Source: an uncultured Thermococci archaeon (GTDB lineage Archaea > Methanobacteriota_B > Thermococci > Methanofastidiosales > B48-G16). Taken from it: a stretch of 64,000 nucleotides of DNA. The notes under the pieces are model-generated. The model made no database searches, had not been told where the DNA came from, and worked only from the letters and a program-made list of their open reading frames with translations. Both the position numbers and the translations under genes were made by a program. Positions within the stretch are counted from its first letter, which is position 1; the number at the start of each line of letters is the position of its first letter. Shown here one piece after another: positions 42,289 to 52,178 of the stretch. The stretch spans positions 128,001 through 192,000 of the forward strand of contig CAZQQT010000004.1 in the NCBI GenBank assembly GCA_964595645.1, in the 5' to 3' direction.

Positions 42289-42621
42289 CTATTCCTCTTC
42301 ATCTAATTCATCTAACGCTTCCTTCCGTACAAGTTCAGTGATCGTTTTGTCCATTTTTTTGATTGAAATATAGAGTTTTATGGTCATCAACAACGCGGAA
42401 GTTGCGATAATGGCCACCACTGCATCAAAGGGCCTGTAGAATCCAAGTCGTGTCAATATATAATTCGCACTCTCAGGTACCAGGACGATAGTCCATAACG
42501 AGGCAATCACGATGGAAAAAAAGAGCGTGACACTATCGAATCCCTCTCGTCTAAGGTAGGTGCAGAGGTAGAGCGTGAGAAAAAACAGGACAATTCCCCC
42601 GAAGATCTGTTCGATCATCAT
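42289..42621 (-). CDS. DUF2304 family membrane protein
   Basis: LGFYRPFD...KTITELVRKEAL; downstream of a DPM1-like GT. Confidence 0.8.
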   Translation of the reverse strand: MMIEQIFGGIVLFFLTLYLCTYLRREGFDSVTLFFSIVIASLWTIVLVPESANYILTRLGFYRPFDAVVAIIATSALLMTIKLYISIKKMDKTITELVRKEALDELDEEE

Positions 42622-43286
42622 TGGATGACACCTTTCAACAACATATCGATCATGATCTTGAATCCCGCAATTACCGTGGTTCCTGAGACTTCCTTGGGGT
42701 AGACCGCATCCACAGGTACCTCCTCCATGGTAAGATCGTGATCGTGTGCTTCCTTCAGTATCTCGGTGCAGATGGCGTAGCTATCGAGATCGAAGTCGAT
42801 CGTCTCCAATGCTTTTCTATCGTAGGCACGGAATCCACACTGGGTGTCCGTGGACTTAATCCCAAAGAATACTCGTCCGAGGACATTCAGCCCCCAGTTC
42901 CCCACACGTTTCACCAACGGCATCTCGTTATTATCTCCGAGCGTTCTGGAGCCGATAACTACATCTGCGTGATTCTCTTTGAGGCACTGCAAAAATCGTG
43001 GAATATCGCAAGGATCGTGCTGACTATCACTGTCAAGCGTGATCACTACCTCAGCATTGTTTCTTAACGCTACCAGCACTCCTGTTTTTGTGGTAGCACC
43101 CACACCTCGATTCACATAGTGACGTAAGACATAATCTGCGCCTGCATTTTTCGCCGCATCGTACGTGTTGTCGGCACTCCCATCGTCCACCACCACAACT
43201 CTGTCCACGTACTGGCGCGTTTCTTCCACTACTTTTCCCACGGTACTTTCCGTATTGTACGCGGGGATTACCGCATAGACACTCAT
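42618..43286 (-). CDS. DPM1-like GT2 (dolichol-phosphate glycosyltransferase)
   Basis: VIPAYN, DDGS, NRGVG, DSDSQH, GSR and DTQCGFRAY motifs. Confidence 0.9.
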   Translation of the reverse strand: MSVYAVIPAYNTESTVGKVVEETRQYVDRVVVVDDGSADNTYDAAKNAGADYVLRHYVNRGVGATTKTGVLVALRNNAEVVITLDSDSQHDPCDIPRFLQCLKENHADVVIGSRTLGDNNEMPLVKRVGNWGLNVLGRVFFGIKSTDTQCGFRAYDRKALETIDFDLDSYAICTEILKEAHDHDLTMEEVPVDAVYPKEVSGTTVIAGFKIMIDMLLKGVIQ

Positions 43287-43385
43287 TACTCCACCTTTTA
43301 TATTTTCTTCTACCCTACTCAAGTAACATCTCTTTTTCCTGAGAGATTCCAAAAATTTTATATTGTTTTCCTCGAAGGAAGTGAT

Positions 43386-45212
43386 ATGAAAAAATGGGGA
43401 TACCTTCTTGTGATCCTCCTCGTGAGCATAACATTCAAGTACACCATCATGGAGAGTGTTCACACTCTCCCATGCAGTGATGTGTATTTTTATTTAGATA
43501 CGTCAAATGAACTTATTGCCTCTGGAGAAATACCCCGAGGAATCCACCCAACATTCCACATTTTTCTCAGTGAACTCTCACTCGTTTCCGGCGTGGACCT
43601 CATTCCATTTTTCTTTTACTTTGCACCTGTACTCAACGCCATCTTGATTCTCGCCGTGTTCGTCGCAGGATCCAGGCTGTACAATGAAAACGTCGGACTG
43701 TTCTCGGCGTTTTTTGCTGCCATCACGCCGATTATTTTCGTGCGGCACTCGCAGTTGATCGCGGAAAATCTTGTTATTCCGTTGTTTGTGTTATATTTTC
43801 TCTACCTTTGGAAGTTACTGGAGAAATGTGATGTTCGGTATGCAATAATTGTGATTTTTTCCTTTCTCGGGATGTTCTACGCACACGATCTCACCGGAGG
43901 TCTCGCCATCCTCCTCTCACTCGTTTTCATCCCTTTGAGACTCGCATTACGAAGGCGGTACATCGCGTCCGTTGGAAGCGTTGTTGTTGGAATTGCCGTA
44001 TTACTGATGATCTTCGTCCTCCCCATGGAACGCCTCCCGGAGTTCAAGGAGTACTACATTCCGCTGTACGAAATGGTGAAGGAGTACTTCGCATCGTTTT
44101 CCTACGGGACCGATACACTCATGCCGGTGAGAGTGTACGATCTCCTCCTCCCTACAGCGGCCGTCGGCATCCTCGGTCTCGGTGTAGTATGGCGGTATAA
44201 AAACATCGGATGGGTACTCTTCCTGTGCGGATCGCTTTTCTTCATGACGCAGGCGTACCGTATGGGCTTCAACTTCCTGCCGCATCGATTCGTCGTGTAC
44301 CTCGCCATCCCGCTCGCCATCTTAGCGGGAATGTTCCTCGTGTGGATGTATAAAAAGATCAAAAGGAAAACACTGGCAGTGAGTATTATCTCGGTGATCC
44401 TCGGCGTCTCATTACTCTACGCTGTTTCGTACGACTTCCACTACACCGTGTTCGTCTCGGACAAGGATTTTGAGAGTCTCAGATGGGCACGCCACCACTG
44501 CGACGGCGAGATTCTCTCGTACTCCACCATCAAAAAGCATAAAGAGAAGTTCGAGGCCATCTCCAACACAGATGTCGAGTTCAAAAACCAATTGTTCCAG
44601 ACCGGAAGCATCGATTTTAAACTACTCCAGATCGTCTCGGAGTGTTTCTCCATCCCCATCACCGGTACCGCGTCGTCCGACACAATCTACTACGTGGGAG
44701 AACAAATAAAGAACGACAACTTCATCCGACTGAACAGGAGGGACAGGACGCACACCTCGCTCGCTATTGTCCGCACGTTCTGGGGTGAGCCAGACACCGT
44801 GATTATCGCCGACGCGGTGGAGTACGAGCAGGGCGTCCAGTGGAGCATGACCTACCATCTCCCCGTAATCCTCTACGCCAAGGAAAACTATGAAGTGGTC
44901 ATGGAATCCATCGAGTCGTGGCGTCCCCACGTGATCCTCGCCTCCGAGATCCCGGAACTCGCCCACGTGTTCGAGCTGAAGGGGATTCCGTACTCCACCA
45001 CACCCACGGCACACCACACGTACCCGCCGAAGGAGGGAGTTGCGCTCTACTACAACGAGTACGACATCCACGGGCTCCTCGAACACACATCACGGTACCT
45101 CTACCTCTCGCAGGAAGCGACAGAGGATTACCCCGATCTCGCCTCGCGGCTGCATACCACCAGCCTCAACAAATTCCACACGTCGGGAGTCTCCGCGTTT
45201 TACCTCAAATAA
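43386..45212 (+). CDS. GT-C-fold membrane glycosyltransferase-like protein with a soluble C-terminal domain
   Basis: SDVYFY, HPTFH, GLFSAFFAAITP...EN and PHRF motifs; about 12 TMs. Confidence 0.65.
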   Translation: MKKWGYLLVILLVSITFKYTIMESVHTLPCSDVYFYLDTSNELIASGEIPRGIHPTFHIFLSELSLVSGVDLIPFFFYFAPVLNAILILAVFVAGSRLYNENVGLFSAFFAAITPIIFVRHSQLIAENLVIPLFVLYFLYLWKLLEKCDVRYAIIVIFSFLGMFYAHDLTGGLAILLSLVFIPLRLALRRRYIASVGSVVVGIAVLLMIFVLPMERLPEFKEYYIPLYEMVKEYFASFSYGTDTLMPVRVYDLLLPTAAVGILGLGVVWRYKNIGWVLFLCGSLFFMTQAYRMGFNFLPHRFVVYLAIPLAILAGMFLVWMYKKIKRKTLAVSIISVILGVSLLYAVSYDFHYTVFVSDKDFESLRWARHHCDGEILSYSTIKKHKEKFEAISNTDVEFKNQLFQTGSIDFKLLQIVSECFSIPITGTASSDTIYYVGEQIKNDNFIRLNRRDRTHTSLAIVRTFWGEPDTVIIADAVEYEQGVQWSMTYHLPVILYAKENYEVVMESIESWRPHVILASEIPELAHVFELKGIPYSTTPTAHHTYPPKEGVALYYNEYDIHGLLEHTSRYLYLSQEATEDYPDLASRLHTTSLNKFHTSGVSAFYLK

Positions 45213-45349
45213 TATACTGTGCTACCCCTACTGTAGTAGTAAAATGCAAATAATGAGATACACGAATAGTATGCACACATCTTTGTTGAAAAGGTGTCCA
45301 CCAATTGAAAAATAATATTCGTCCGATTTATTTTCACAATGCACTGTCC

Positions 45350-45649
45350 CTACACCATGCGGAGAAGTTCCTCTGATTTCTTCCGCAGTTCTTTCGCTGA
45401 TTCCGGTCCCTTCTGTATCGGGATGTCATTTTCTCTTAACCGTGTTTTCATTCTCTCGTAGGACAGTCCAGCGATCTCTGCTGCTTTGCCGAGGCTTATT
45501 CTACCATCCTTATAGAGCTCCATTACAATTTTCTCTCTGAACTCTTTGTTCGCAGCGAGAAACATATTCACAGCATCGCGTAATACAACATCTTTATCAT
45601 AGCCAATTTTTTCCGATGCTTTCAGGATGTCCTCTACATCTGTTTCCAT
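45350..45649 (-). CDS. UPF0175 family antitoxin (orphan)
   Basis: LYKDGRISLGKAAEIAGLS. Confidence 0.8.
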   Translation of the reverse strand: METDVEDILKASEKIGYDKDVVLRDAVNMFLAANKEFREKIVMELYKDGRISLGKAAEIAGLSYERMKTRLRENDIPIQKGPESAKELRKKSEELLRMV

Positions 45650-45794
45650 AATGGTCCACCGTTGTCTTCTGTCTATTTTTTGGTATGTAATAGTTTCCTT
45701 CCGCATTTTTCTCCATGAATAAGAAACCACGTCACCTTCCTTTTGTGGAAGATGGTACGTTCACTCCTCTCTTGTCTTCTGAATAAAATGAATT

Positions 45795-46058
45795 CTACAA
45801 CAACTTCGAAAAATCATCATATACATGCGTTCTATGTCCGATGAACAGCACCAGTATTCTATCAGCCTCGTGATCTATCTCATAGATAACCCTGTAATCT
45901 CCAGCTCGCTGTTTCCAGAACGACGAATGTGTTAAATGTGTGCCTCGTTTTTCTGGGAGTGTTTTGAGCTCTTTGATGTTGTTCTTAATTCTGTTTTCGA
46001 TTGTGGGATCGCAGGAGTTGAGAAATGCCTTTGGATGGAGGAGTATTCTGTATGTCAT
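45795..46058 (-). CDS. relE: RelE/ParE family toxin
   Basis: YRILL...RAGDYRVIYEID...IGHRTHVY. Confidence 0.85.
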   Translation of the reverse strand: MTYRILLHPKAFLNSCDPTIENRIKNNIKELKTLPEKRGTHLTHSSFWKQRAGDYRVIYEIDHEADRILVLFIGHRTHVYDDFSKLL

Positions 46059-46273
46059 TTGCGCTCAAATGGAATGAGTATTTCAGGGGTTTCTTTTGCT
46101 TCCCTGCTTCGATCGGTCAGCATCCTGTAGAACTCACGAGTTTTTTCTCGTTCCTGATGCAACGCGATCATCGTTCTGATCGCCTCGCTCCTACTTTTAA
46201 ATTTACCCTTTCTCACCTGCTCATCGATTTCTTTGACCGTGTCTTCTGACAGTCTCAGCTGGACCTGGACCAT
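46055..46273 (-). CDS. Ribbon-helix-helix antitoxin
   Basis: VQLRLSEDTVKEIDEQVRKGKFKSRSEAIR. Confidence 0.85.
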   Translation of the reverse strand: MVQVQLRLSEDTVKEIDEQVRKGKFKSRSEAIRTMIALHQEREKTREFYRMLTDRSREAKETPEILIPFERK

Positions 46274-46282
46274 TCACTCACC

Positions 46283-46312
46283 GTAAACATAATCGTTTAC
46301 AACAGTTATAAA
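46283..46312 (-). promoter_or_regulatory. Putative RHH operator and TATA box
   Basis: gtaaac-N6-gtttac palindrome between TTTATAAC (minus strand) and the ATG. Confidence 0.5.
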
Positions 46313-46498
46313 GGGTGCGATCGAGATTGCTATGACACAATACCCCTTGTATCCGTAAAAGTAAATCCTAAATACCACGCGCTCATTCGGGTAGCTTGTT
46401 GTTTTTTCTCAAAATAGTGAGAACCTCTGGAATATTACCTTTTACATACCCAGATAATAGGCACGATCACTTCGATACATTTCAAAAGGTATCGATGC

Positions 46499-47335
46499 TT
46501 ATTCCTTTCCTCTCACCGTCACCCAGAGGTGGAGATCCCGGTACTGCTCCCCGCCTTTGTACAGGAGGAACTGCAGCTTCATCTCTTCACCTGTAATGGT
46601 AGGCGTAATCTCCACACGATGCTCCCATTTCTCCTCGTGTGAGAGGGTGAGCTTCTCTTCGTAGAGCGTTTCACCTTTCAGGACAACGTCGATCCGATAC
46701 TGCGCCACCGCATGCTCCCTGTTGACCACGCCGATAATCAGCTCTTTCGACTCGCCGAGCGTGTACTCCGTGGGGTAGTCCGCCGCTTTTCCCCCGGGAC
46801 CCAGAATGTAGAACTCGGTGAACCGTTCTCCTACCTTCGGCGTGACAATCACGTAGACGAGCATCCCCACCGCCGCAACGATCGAGATCACCAGGATCAC
46901 GGAGAGCGCCTTGTCAAGCCGGGACCCCGAAAACAGTCCGGTATCCTTCGGGAATGACACCACAAACCGTTCCTCCTCGGGAAGCATCTTTCTCCTAAGG
47001 AACGCACCAATGAGACAGATAACCGTGAACAACGAGATACTCACGAGGATCGGGTTCAACCGGATGCCCCACGGCGTGTAGTTCAGCCCCAGCCCGATCA
47101 AGGGCACAACAGCAATGGACAGTCCCAACGACAACGCGAGCCGCTCGATCCCATCGATATCATCCTTCCGCGGGAACAACACAGCTATCAGCGCGTACCC
47201 CGGAAAAAATAAAATGAAGAGTAGCCCGAAGACGGTACGGATGGCACCGAGATCGTAGTACACCGAGACAACGGTCACCACTACAGCCACGAACGAAAGG
47301 AACAGGTCTCTGGAGTGTGCCATACCTTCACTCAC
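46499..47335 (-). CDS. DUF1616 family membrane protein
   Basis: LFFPGYAL...ERLALSLGLS...GERFTEFYILG..GKAADYP...LHLWV. Confidence 0.9.
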   Translation of the reverse strand: MSEGMAHSRDLFLSFVAVVVTVVSVYYDLGAIRTVFGLLFILFFPGYALIAVLFPRKDDIDGIERLALSLGLSIAVVPLIGLGLNYTPWGIRLNPILVSISLFTVICLIGAFLRRKMLPEEERFVVSFPKDTGLFSGSRLDKALSVILVISIVAAVGMLVYVIVTPKVGERFTEFYILGPGGKAADYPTEYTLGESKELIIGVVNREHAVAQYRIDVVLKGETLYEEKLTLSHEEKWEHRVEITPTITGEEMKLQFLLYKGGEQYRDLHLWVTVRGKE

Positions 47336-47697
47336 AACACTTTCTTAATAAACTTTGTTCCCACGCGCACGTACTTCTGCACCGCCTCGATAAAGATCTC
47401 CCGTTGTTCCTCGTAGGTGTGGACGTAGTGATCGGCGATCTCCCGGCTTTCCAGCTCCTTCATGACCAGCCGTTTCTGCACCTGCGTAATCTTCGGTTTC
47501 CGTCGGTTCTCAAGAATTCTCGAGAGCTGTGCCAGACAGTTCTGGAAGTATCCAATCTTTTTTCCCCGTTTTCCTTCCGCTGTGAACACCAACCCACAAG
47601 TTGTGCAGTAGTACCGTCTTCTCGTGGTGGTCGGTTCTTCCTCCTCTCTCGGAGCCCATACACGATCCTGCGGATCACATCGCTCATGACTGCACAT
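47332..47697 (-). CDS. Archaeal hypothetical protein with a CxxC motif
   Basis: YCTTCGLV; overlaps the DUF1616 start. Confidence 0.65.
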   Translation of the reverse strand: MCSHERCDPQDRVWAPREEEEPTTTRRRYYCTTCGLVFTAEGKRGKKIGYFQNCLAQLSRILENRRKPKITQVQKRLVMKELESREIADHYVHTYEEQREIFIEAVQKYVRVGTKFIKKVL

Positions 47698-47978
47698 GAT
47701 ACCATCCTCTACCGAAACCCTACCCTCCTCTCATCCTGTGCGTCAATTAAGGCGGGGCTTCCTCTATTCACTCTTGCTTATATTGTAGGTGTCAAAGGTA
47801 AAAAAGATATACCATTACACATTTAAAAAGGTTTCGGATTAAGATAAATAAAAATGATTGAATGAAAAAATAGTCTTTAAAAACTGGAAAATATCATTAA
47901 CTGAGGAGTTATTAACACGCGGATTGTGCCAATTTATGTTAAGAAAGCTTTAAATATAAGATTGTACCACTTACTAGC

Positions 47979-49457
47979 ATGGAAAAAAAGCCACCGCTGT
48001 TTCTGTTCCTTTTTTTCACGTTGTGCGTCGTGAGCGTCAGCGCCGCCTGGCCCATGTTCCGCCACGATCTCCAGCACACCGGTCACACCGCTGACGAGAT
48101 ACCCGATGAACTTGAGCTCGCATGGACGTACGACACCGGGAGCAGCATTCACTCGTCTCCTGCCGTCGCCGATAGAAAGGTCTACTTCGGATCGGAAGAT
48201 CACCATGTGTACTGTCTTGACGCCGTGACGGGAGAACTCCTGTGGACGTACGAAACAGATGGCCGCGTAAGATCTTCACCTACAGTCATCGACGGCAGAG
48301 TGTACATCGGATCGTACGATCACTCTCTTTACTGTCTGGACGCACGTACAGGAATGTTGTTATGGACATACAAAACAGACGGGTGGGTTGGATCCTCTCC
48401 TGCAATTTACCATGAAAACCTCTACATCGGATCGTACGACTACCACGTCTACTCCCTCAACATCCACACCCAAATCCCACGATGGCAGTACACCACAGGG
48501 AGTTACGTGAGATCCTCGCCGGCATTTTACCACGGAAAGATCTACATCGGATCCTACGACTACAAGGTGTACTGTCTCGATGCAGCCACTGGAGAACAGG
48601 TGTGGAGCTACAACACCGGTTACTGGATAGGATCGTCCCCCACAGTCGCCAACGGAAAGGTCTACATCGGATCCCACAACGGACAGCTCTACTGCCTGGA
48701 CGCGGCCACAGGATCCCTCCGGTGGAAGTACAAAATGCAGTATGTGGACTCCTCTCCCGCCGTCGCCGATGGAAAGGTGTACGTGGGATCCCAGGATCAC
48801 TCCCTCTACTGCCTCGAGGCACAGACCGGGAGGAAGGTATGGCAGTACACAACAAACGGGAAGATCACCTCGTCTCCTGCCGTCGCCGATAGAAAGGTCT
48901 ATTTTGGATCGGAAGATCACCATGTGTACTGTCTCAACGCAGACACGGGTGAGTTACTGTGGAACTACGAGACAGGCGGTGAAATCCACAGTTCTCCCGC
49001 CGTCGCCGATGGAAGGCTCTACGTGGGATCCTCCGACGGGAAACTCTACTGTTTCAGGGAAAAGAGAGCAACGCTCATAGTGGAGTCCATCCCAGTGGCA
49101 TTGGTTTATATCAACGAGAAGTACATGGGTACCACACCGCTCACGGTAGCGTTGGAGAAAGGAACGTACACCGTACAACTGAAAAAAGAGTCCTACAAAT
49201 CATATACCCAATCCATCGAACTACGCCCGGGAGAAAACAAGCAAATCTCTGTGAGTCTCACCGAAATCCCGAAGCCTTCAGTCTCACAACCTACCACCCC
49301 GCCCAGTAACACGATCTCGCCCCATGTATCACCTCAAGAACACAACATAATTCTTTATGCCTGTGTTCTCGGTGCGCTCATCGTGATGATATCCCTCGCG
49401 TTCTATTTCCTAAAGAAAAAGAAAAACCAGTTCTCGTTCTTCGAAGAGAGGAAGTAA
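47979..49457 (+). CDS. PQQ-like beta-propeller repeat surface protein with PEGA domain (paralog of 7554-9011)
   Basis: WPMFRHD, ~8 SSPAV...W repeats, PEGA, TM + KKKK. Confidence 0.9.
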   Translation: MEKKPPLFLFLFFTLCVVSVSAAWPMFRHDLQHTGHTADEIPDELELAWTYDTGSSIHSSPAVADRKVYFGSEDHHVYCLDAVTGELLWTYETDGRVRSSPTVIDGRVYIGSYDHSLYCLDARTGMLLWTYKTDGWVGSSPAIYHENLYIGSYDYHVYSLNIHTQIPRWQYTTGSYVRSSPAFYHGKIYIGSYDYKVYCLDAATGEQVWSYNTGYWIGSSPTVANGKVYIGSHNGQLYCLDAATGSLRWKYKMQYVDSSPAVADGKVYVGSQDHSLYCLEAQTGRKVWQYTTNGKITSSPAVADRKVYFGSEDHHVYCLNADTGELLWNYETGGEIHSSPAVADGRLYVGSSDGKLYCFREKRATLIVESIPVALVYINEKYMGTTPLTVALEKGTYTVQLKKESYKSYTQSIELRPGENKQISVSLTEIPKPSVSQPTTPPSNTISPHVSPQEHNIILYACVLGALIVMISLAFYFLKKKKNQFSFFEERK

Positions 49458-49750
49458 TTTGTCTGTCCAAAACCTTGGAATCAGTTTTTCAGTGTTTTAG
49501 TTGATAAAGAAGGTCTTGTAAGAATATACCAACAAATATGAAAATAATTCAGATTGATATCATCAAATCCGTTTCACCTACTTGGTTGCATAATTCGTTC
49601 TGACGATCTATTCCTCTACCTCTTTTCTTCTACAACTCCCTCAAAAACTGACAGTAGTGAAAGTACTGTCATTTGATCACAAACTCGTATTTGGTGATTT
49701 ATTGACTCCAATTTCTCGTCATAGGTTAGGTTGGTTTGGAGGGTTTAAAA

Positions 49751-49950
49751 CAGTTACTCACCACAGATCGACATAGTGTCGGAGACCTATGTCCAGTTGT
49801 AGCGAGTTACTGAAGAAGTTATCTCAATAAACGCTCACATGATGTCATGTGAGCTTCCTGCAACGTGGCACAGTTTCACTGTGCCCTTCGGACACAGCCC
49901 TACCTGTATCCGTAAGTTCTGCCTGTGTAGGTTTCTGTTTTCGGTGATTT
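49751..49950 (-). ncRNA. Putative structured non-coding RNA or MITE-like element (four tandem hairpins)
   Basis: Hairpins at 49751-49812, 49833-49854, 49867-49885 and 49889-49912; several mismatches become G-U pairs on the minus strand. Confidence 0.45.
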
Positions 49951-50019
49951 ATGCAACACAGCACAAAAAAGGCAAAATATTTAAAAACAAAAAACAAAGA
50001 GAGTGTATAGAGAATTAAT

Positions 50020-50460
50020 ATGAAAAGAGCATCGATAACAAGAATAACGGGACTGGAAAAGAGGCTTTTAGAGTGTCTGAATGAGCAGACACATGTAAAA
50101 CTCGCCTATCTCTTTGGTTCAAGAGCAGAAGGAAAAGAAGGGAAATTAAGCGATATAGATATAGCAGTCTTGCTGGATGAATCATTGAGTAAGAAGGAAA
50201 GGGTTGATCTACAACTAAAACTGATATCCACGTTAACACGCACCCTGAAAATGGAGTGGGTTGACCTGATTGTAATGAATGATGCCCCGCTCTCACTCAA
50301 TTATGAAATAATAAAGGCAAATCATCCGTTACTTGTGAGAGATAAAGAGGAGAAGATAGATTTTGAGCATAAAATACTATCCAGATACCTCGATAGGAGG
50401 TACTATGAAAAGAAGTGGACATCCGAGTTCCTGAAAAAGGTCGCTGAAAGAGGGATTTAG
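50020..50460 (+). CDS. mntA: MntA-like antitoxin
   Basis: AYLFGSRAEG...SDIDIAV. Confidence 0.9.
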   Translation: MKRASITRITGLEKRLLECLNEQTHVKLAYLFGSRAEGKEGKLSDIDIAVLLDESLSKKERVDLQLKLISTLTRTLKMEWVDLIVMNDAPLSLNYEIIKANHPLLVRDKEEKIDFEHKILSRYLDRRYYEKKWTSEFLKKVAERGI

Positions 50461-50461
50461 A

Positions 50462-50884
50462 ATGGATGAAAAAGAGAAAGTCGCCAGAAAGATTAAGAAC
50501 ATGAAGAAATACGTTGATTTTTTGAGGTCATATAAATCGATAACAAAGGAAAGATTGGAAGAAGACTATCAGCTAAGGTCTGCTATCGAACGAAATCTTC
50601 ATCTTGCTATCGAATCTGCCTTAGACATTGGGGGAATCATCATTTCAGCAGAAGATTTTGAAAAGCCAGAGGATTACAGGAGTGTTATACTGATACTTGG
50701 AAAACATGAAGTTATTCCACACGATTTTGCAGAAAAATTTGCTGAAGCGGCAAAACTTAGAAATATTTTGGTTCACATGTATGCTGAAGTTGATACAGAG
50801 GTTATTTATGAAATATTGCAAAACAATCTCGGAGACTTTGATGAGTTTGCAAAGTTCATAGCAAAACATTTGAAGGGAAATTAA
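50462..50884 (+). CDS. hepT: HepT-like RNase toxin (DUF86)
   Basis: LRNILVHMY motif. Confidence 0.9.
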   Translation: MDEKEKVARKIKNMKKYVDFLRSYKSITKERLEEDYQLRSAIERNLHLAIESALDIGGIIISAEDFEKPEDYRSVILILGKHEVIPHDFAEKFAEAAKLRNILVHMYAEVDTEVIYEILQNNLGDFDEFAKFIAKHLKGN

Positions 50885-51032
50885 CATTGGGGGAGCACTA
50901 AATCGCAGAAGCGTTGGTTCTGTGATCTGATCACAAAGCCTATGTCTTTGTAATTTAATAAGAAACAAGATAGAGACTCCAAAAGATCTTATAACTACAT
51001 CTTGTATTATGAAAAAACATGGGTGAGCAAAA

Positions 51033-51248
51033 ATGAGTGATACACAAATTCTTAAAGAGCATTTAGATCGCATGACACAGGAGTTGGAACAAATAAAAAA
51101 AATTGTCATACGATTAGAAGAGAGAGATAAAGAAAAGACCGAGGAGGCATGGGTTGATCTGATGAAGGCATCCAAGGAGATTTCACGGCGTTGGGAAGGT
51201 GTTTCTGCCGTAAATGAGATCAAAAACCAAAGGGAGAAGAAATGGTGA
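51033..51248 (+). CDS. Putative antitoxin
   Basis: Ends SAVNEIKNQREKKW and overlaps a PIN start. Confidence 0.6.
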   Translation: MSDTQILKEHLDRMTQELEQIKKIVIRLEERDKEKTEEAWVDLMKASKEISRRWEGVSAVNEIKNQREKKW

Positions 51249-51331
51249 AATATATCACTCTGGATAGCTCTGTTATTGTCGCAACTTTAAGAGAACAAGA
51301 AGAAAATCATGAAATGTGCAAAAGTTTTTAA
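51242..51331 (+). pseudogene. PIN toxin N-terminal fragment
   Basis: MVKYITLDSSVIVATLREQEENH then a stop. Confidence 0.6.
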
Positions 51332-51366
51332 GCAATAACAAAGAAGAAGATAGCAGGTGTGAATGT

Positions 51367-51546
51367 ATGGATATCTCAGAAATCGAAAAAAGGTTGTATA
51401 AAGTTGATAATGATCTCAATGAAATAATAAAGATGGTGAGAGAGCTAAAAAAACCTGAAGCTAATGTGGTAGAGGGAGCGTGGGGATACGACGTTGACAG
51501 CTGTGGATTTGTAAGAGAGTTGAGACAAACAAAAAGGATTATATGA
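51367..51546 (+). CDS. VapB-like antitoxin
   Basis: GAWGYDVDSCGFVRELR, directly upstream of a PIN gene. Confidence 0.6.
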   Translation: MDISEIEKRLYKVDNDLNEIIKMVRELKKPEANVVEGAWGYDVDSCGFVRELRQTKRII

Positions 51547-51956
51547 TGTTCATTGATACGTCTATTTTCGTCGATGTGTGACGATCCACACAAGTAGAAC
51601 CATCCAAATCATTGTTCAAAAGTATACATGCAGGGGATGAGGGATTTGCTTCTGTAATTACAGTTGCAGAACTTAGTGTAGGAGCACACCGATCTCCACG
51701 AGAGGATGCACTGGAAAAGACTTTCAAACTGTTATCCCTTGTCCCTGTATGTGATCTGACTGCCGAAATAGCATCAAAAGGAGGGAGGATCTATGGCATG
51801 CTGGCAGAGAGGGGAAAGGAAGTAGAACTCAATGATTGTCTCATTGCCGCTACATTTCTCTCCCTCGACATTCGCAAAGTAGTCACGAGAGACATCGATC
51901 ATTTCTCCAGAATAGATACTATCGAAGTAGTAACTCCAGAGGATTTGGGGTTCTAA
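51543..51956 (+). pseudogene. vapC: VapC/PIN toxin with an in-frame TGA at 51579-51581
   Basis: MFIDTSIFVDV*R...SVITVAEL...NDCLIAAT...VTRDIDHFSRI. Confidence 0.8.
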
Positions 51957-52059
51957 TCGGTATAAAATAGTAATTTTTTCATACGTCACAGAGAAAATCT
52001 TTCACAGGAGGTAGTGGAAACCATAGTCCATCTATGCCTGCGGAAGATACACTTACTTT

Positions 52060-52178
52060 ACTCACGTGAAAAAAAGAAAAAAAGAGGCCTACATCTTCGC
52101 AATGAAAAAGCAGTATGCACCTGCGAGGATGAGGAAAATACCGATGGCTCCCTCAAAGACGATTTTGAGTTCCTCCCA
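52060..52178 (-). repeat. Paralogous fragment of the small membrane gene 3' half and terminator (copy of 12531-12649)
   Basis: WEELKIVFEGAIGIFLILAGAYCFFIAKM vs WEELVTVFEGAIGIVLILAGVFCFFIAKI; shared downstream T-rich tract. Confidence 0.85.

Noticed and set aside
44001-45315. Many overlapping alternative-frame ORFs (also at 8-9.5 kb, 48-49 kb and 60-64 kb)
   Set aside because: Shadow ORFs of GC-rich real genes, with no recognisable motifs.
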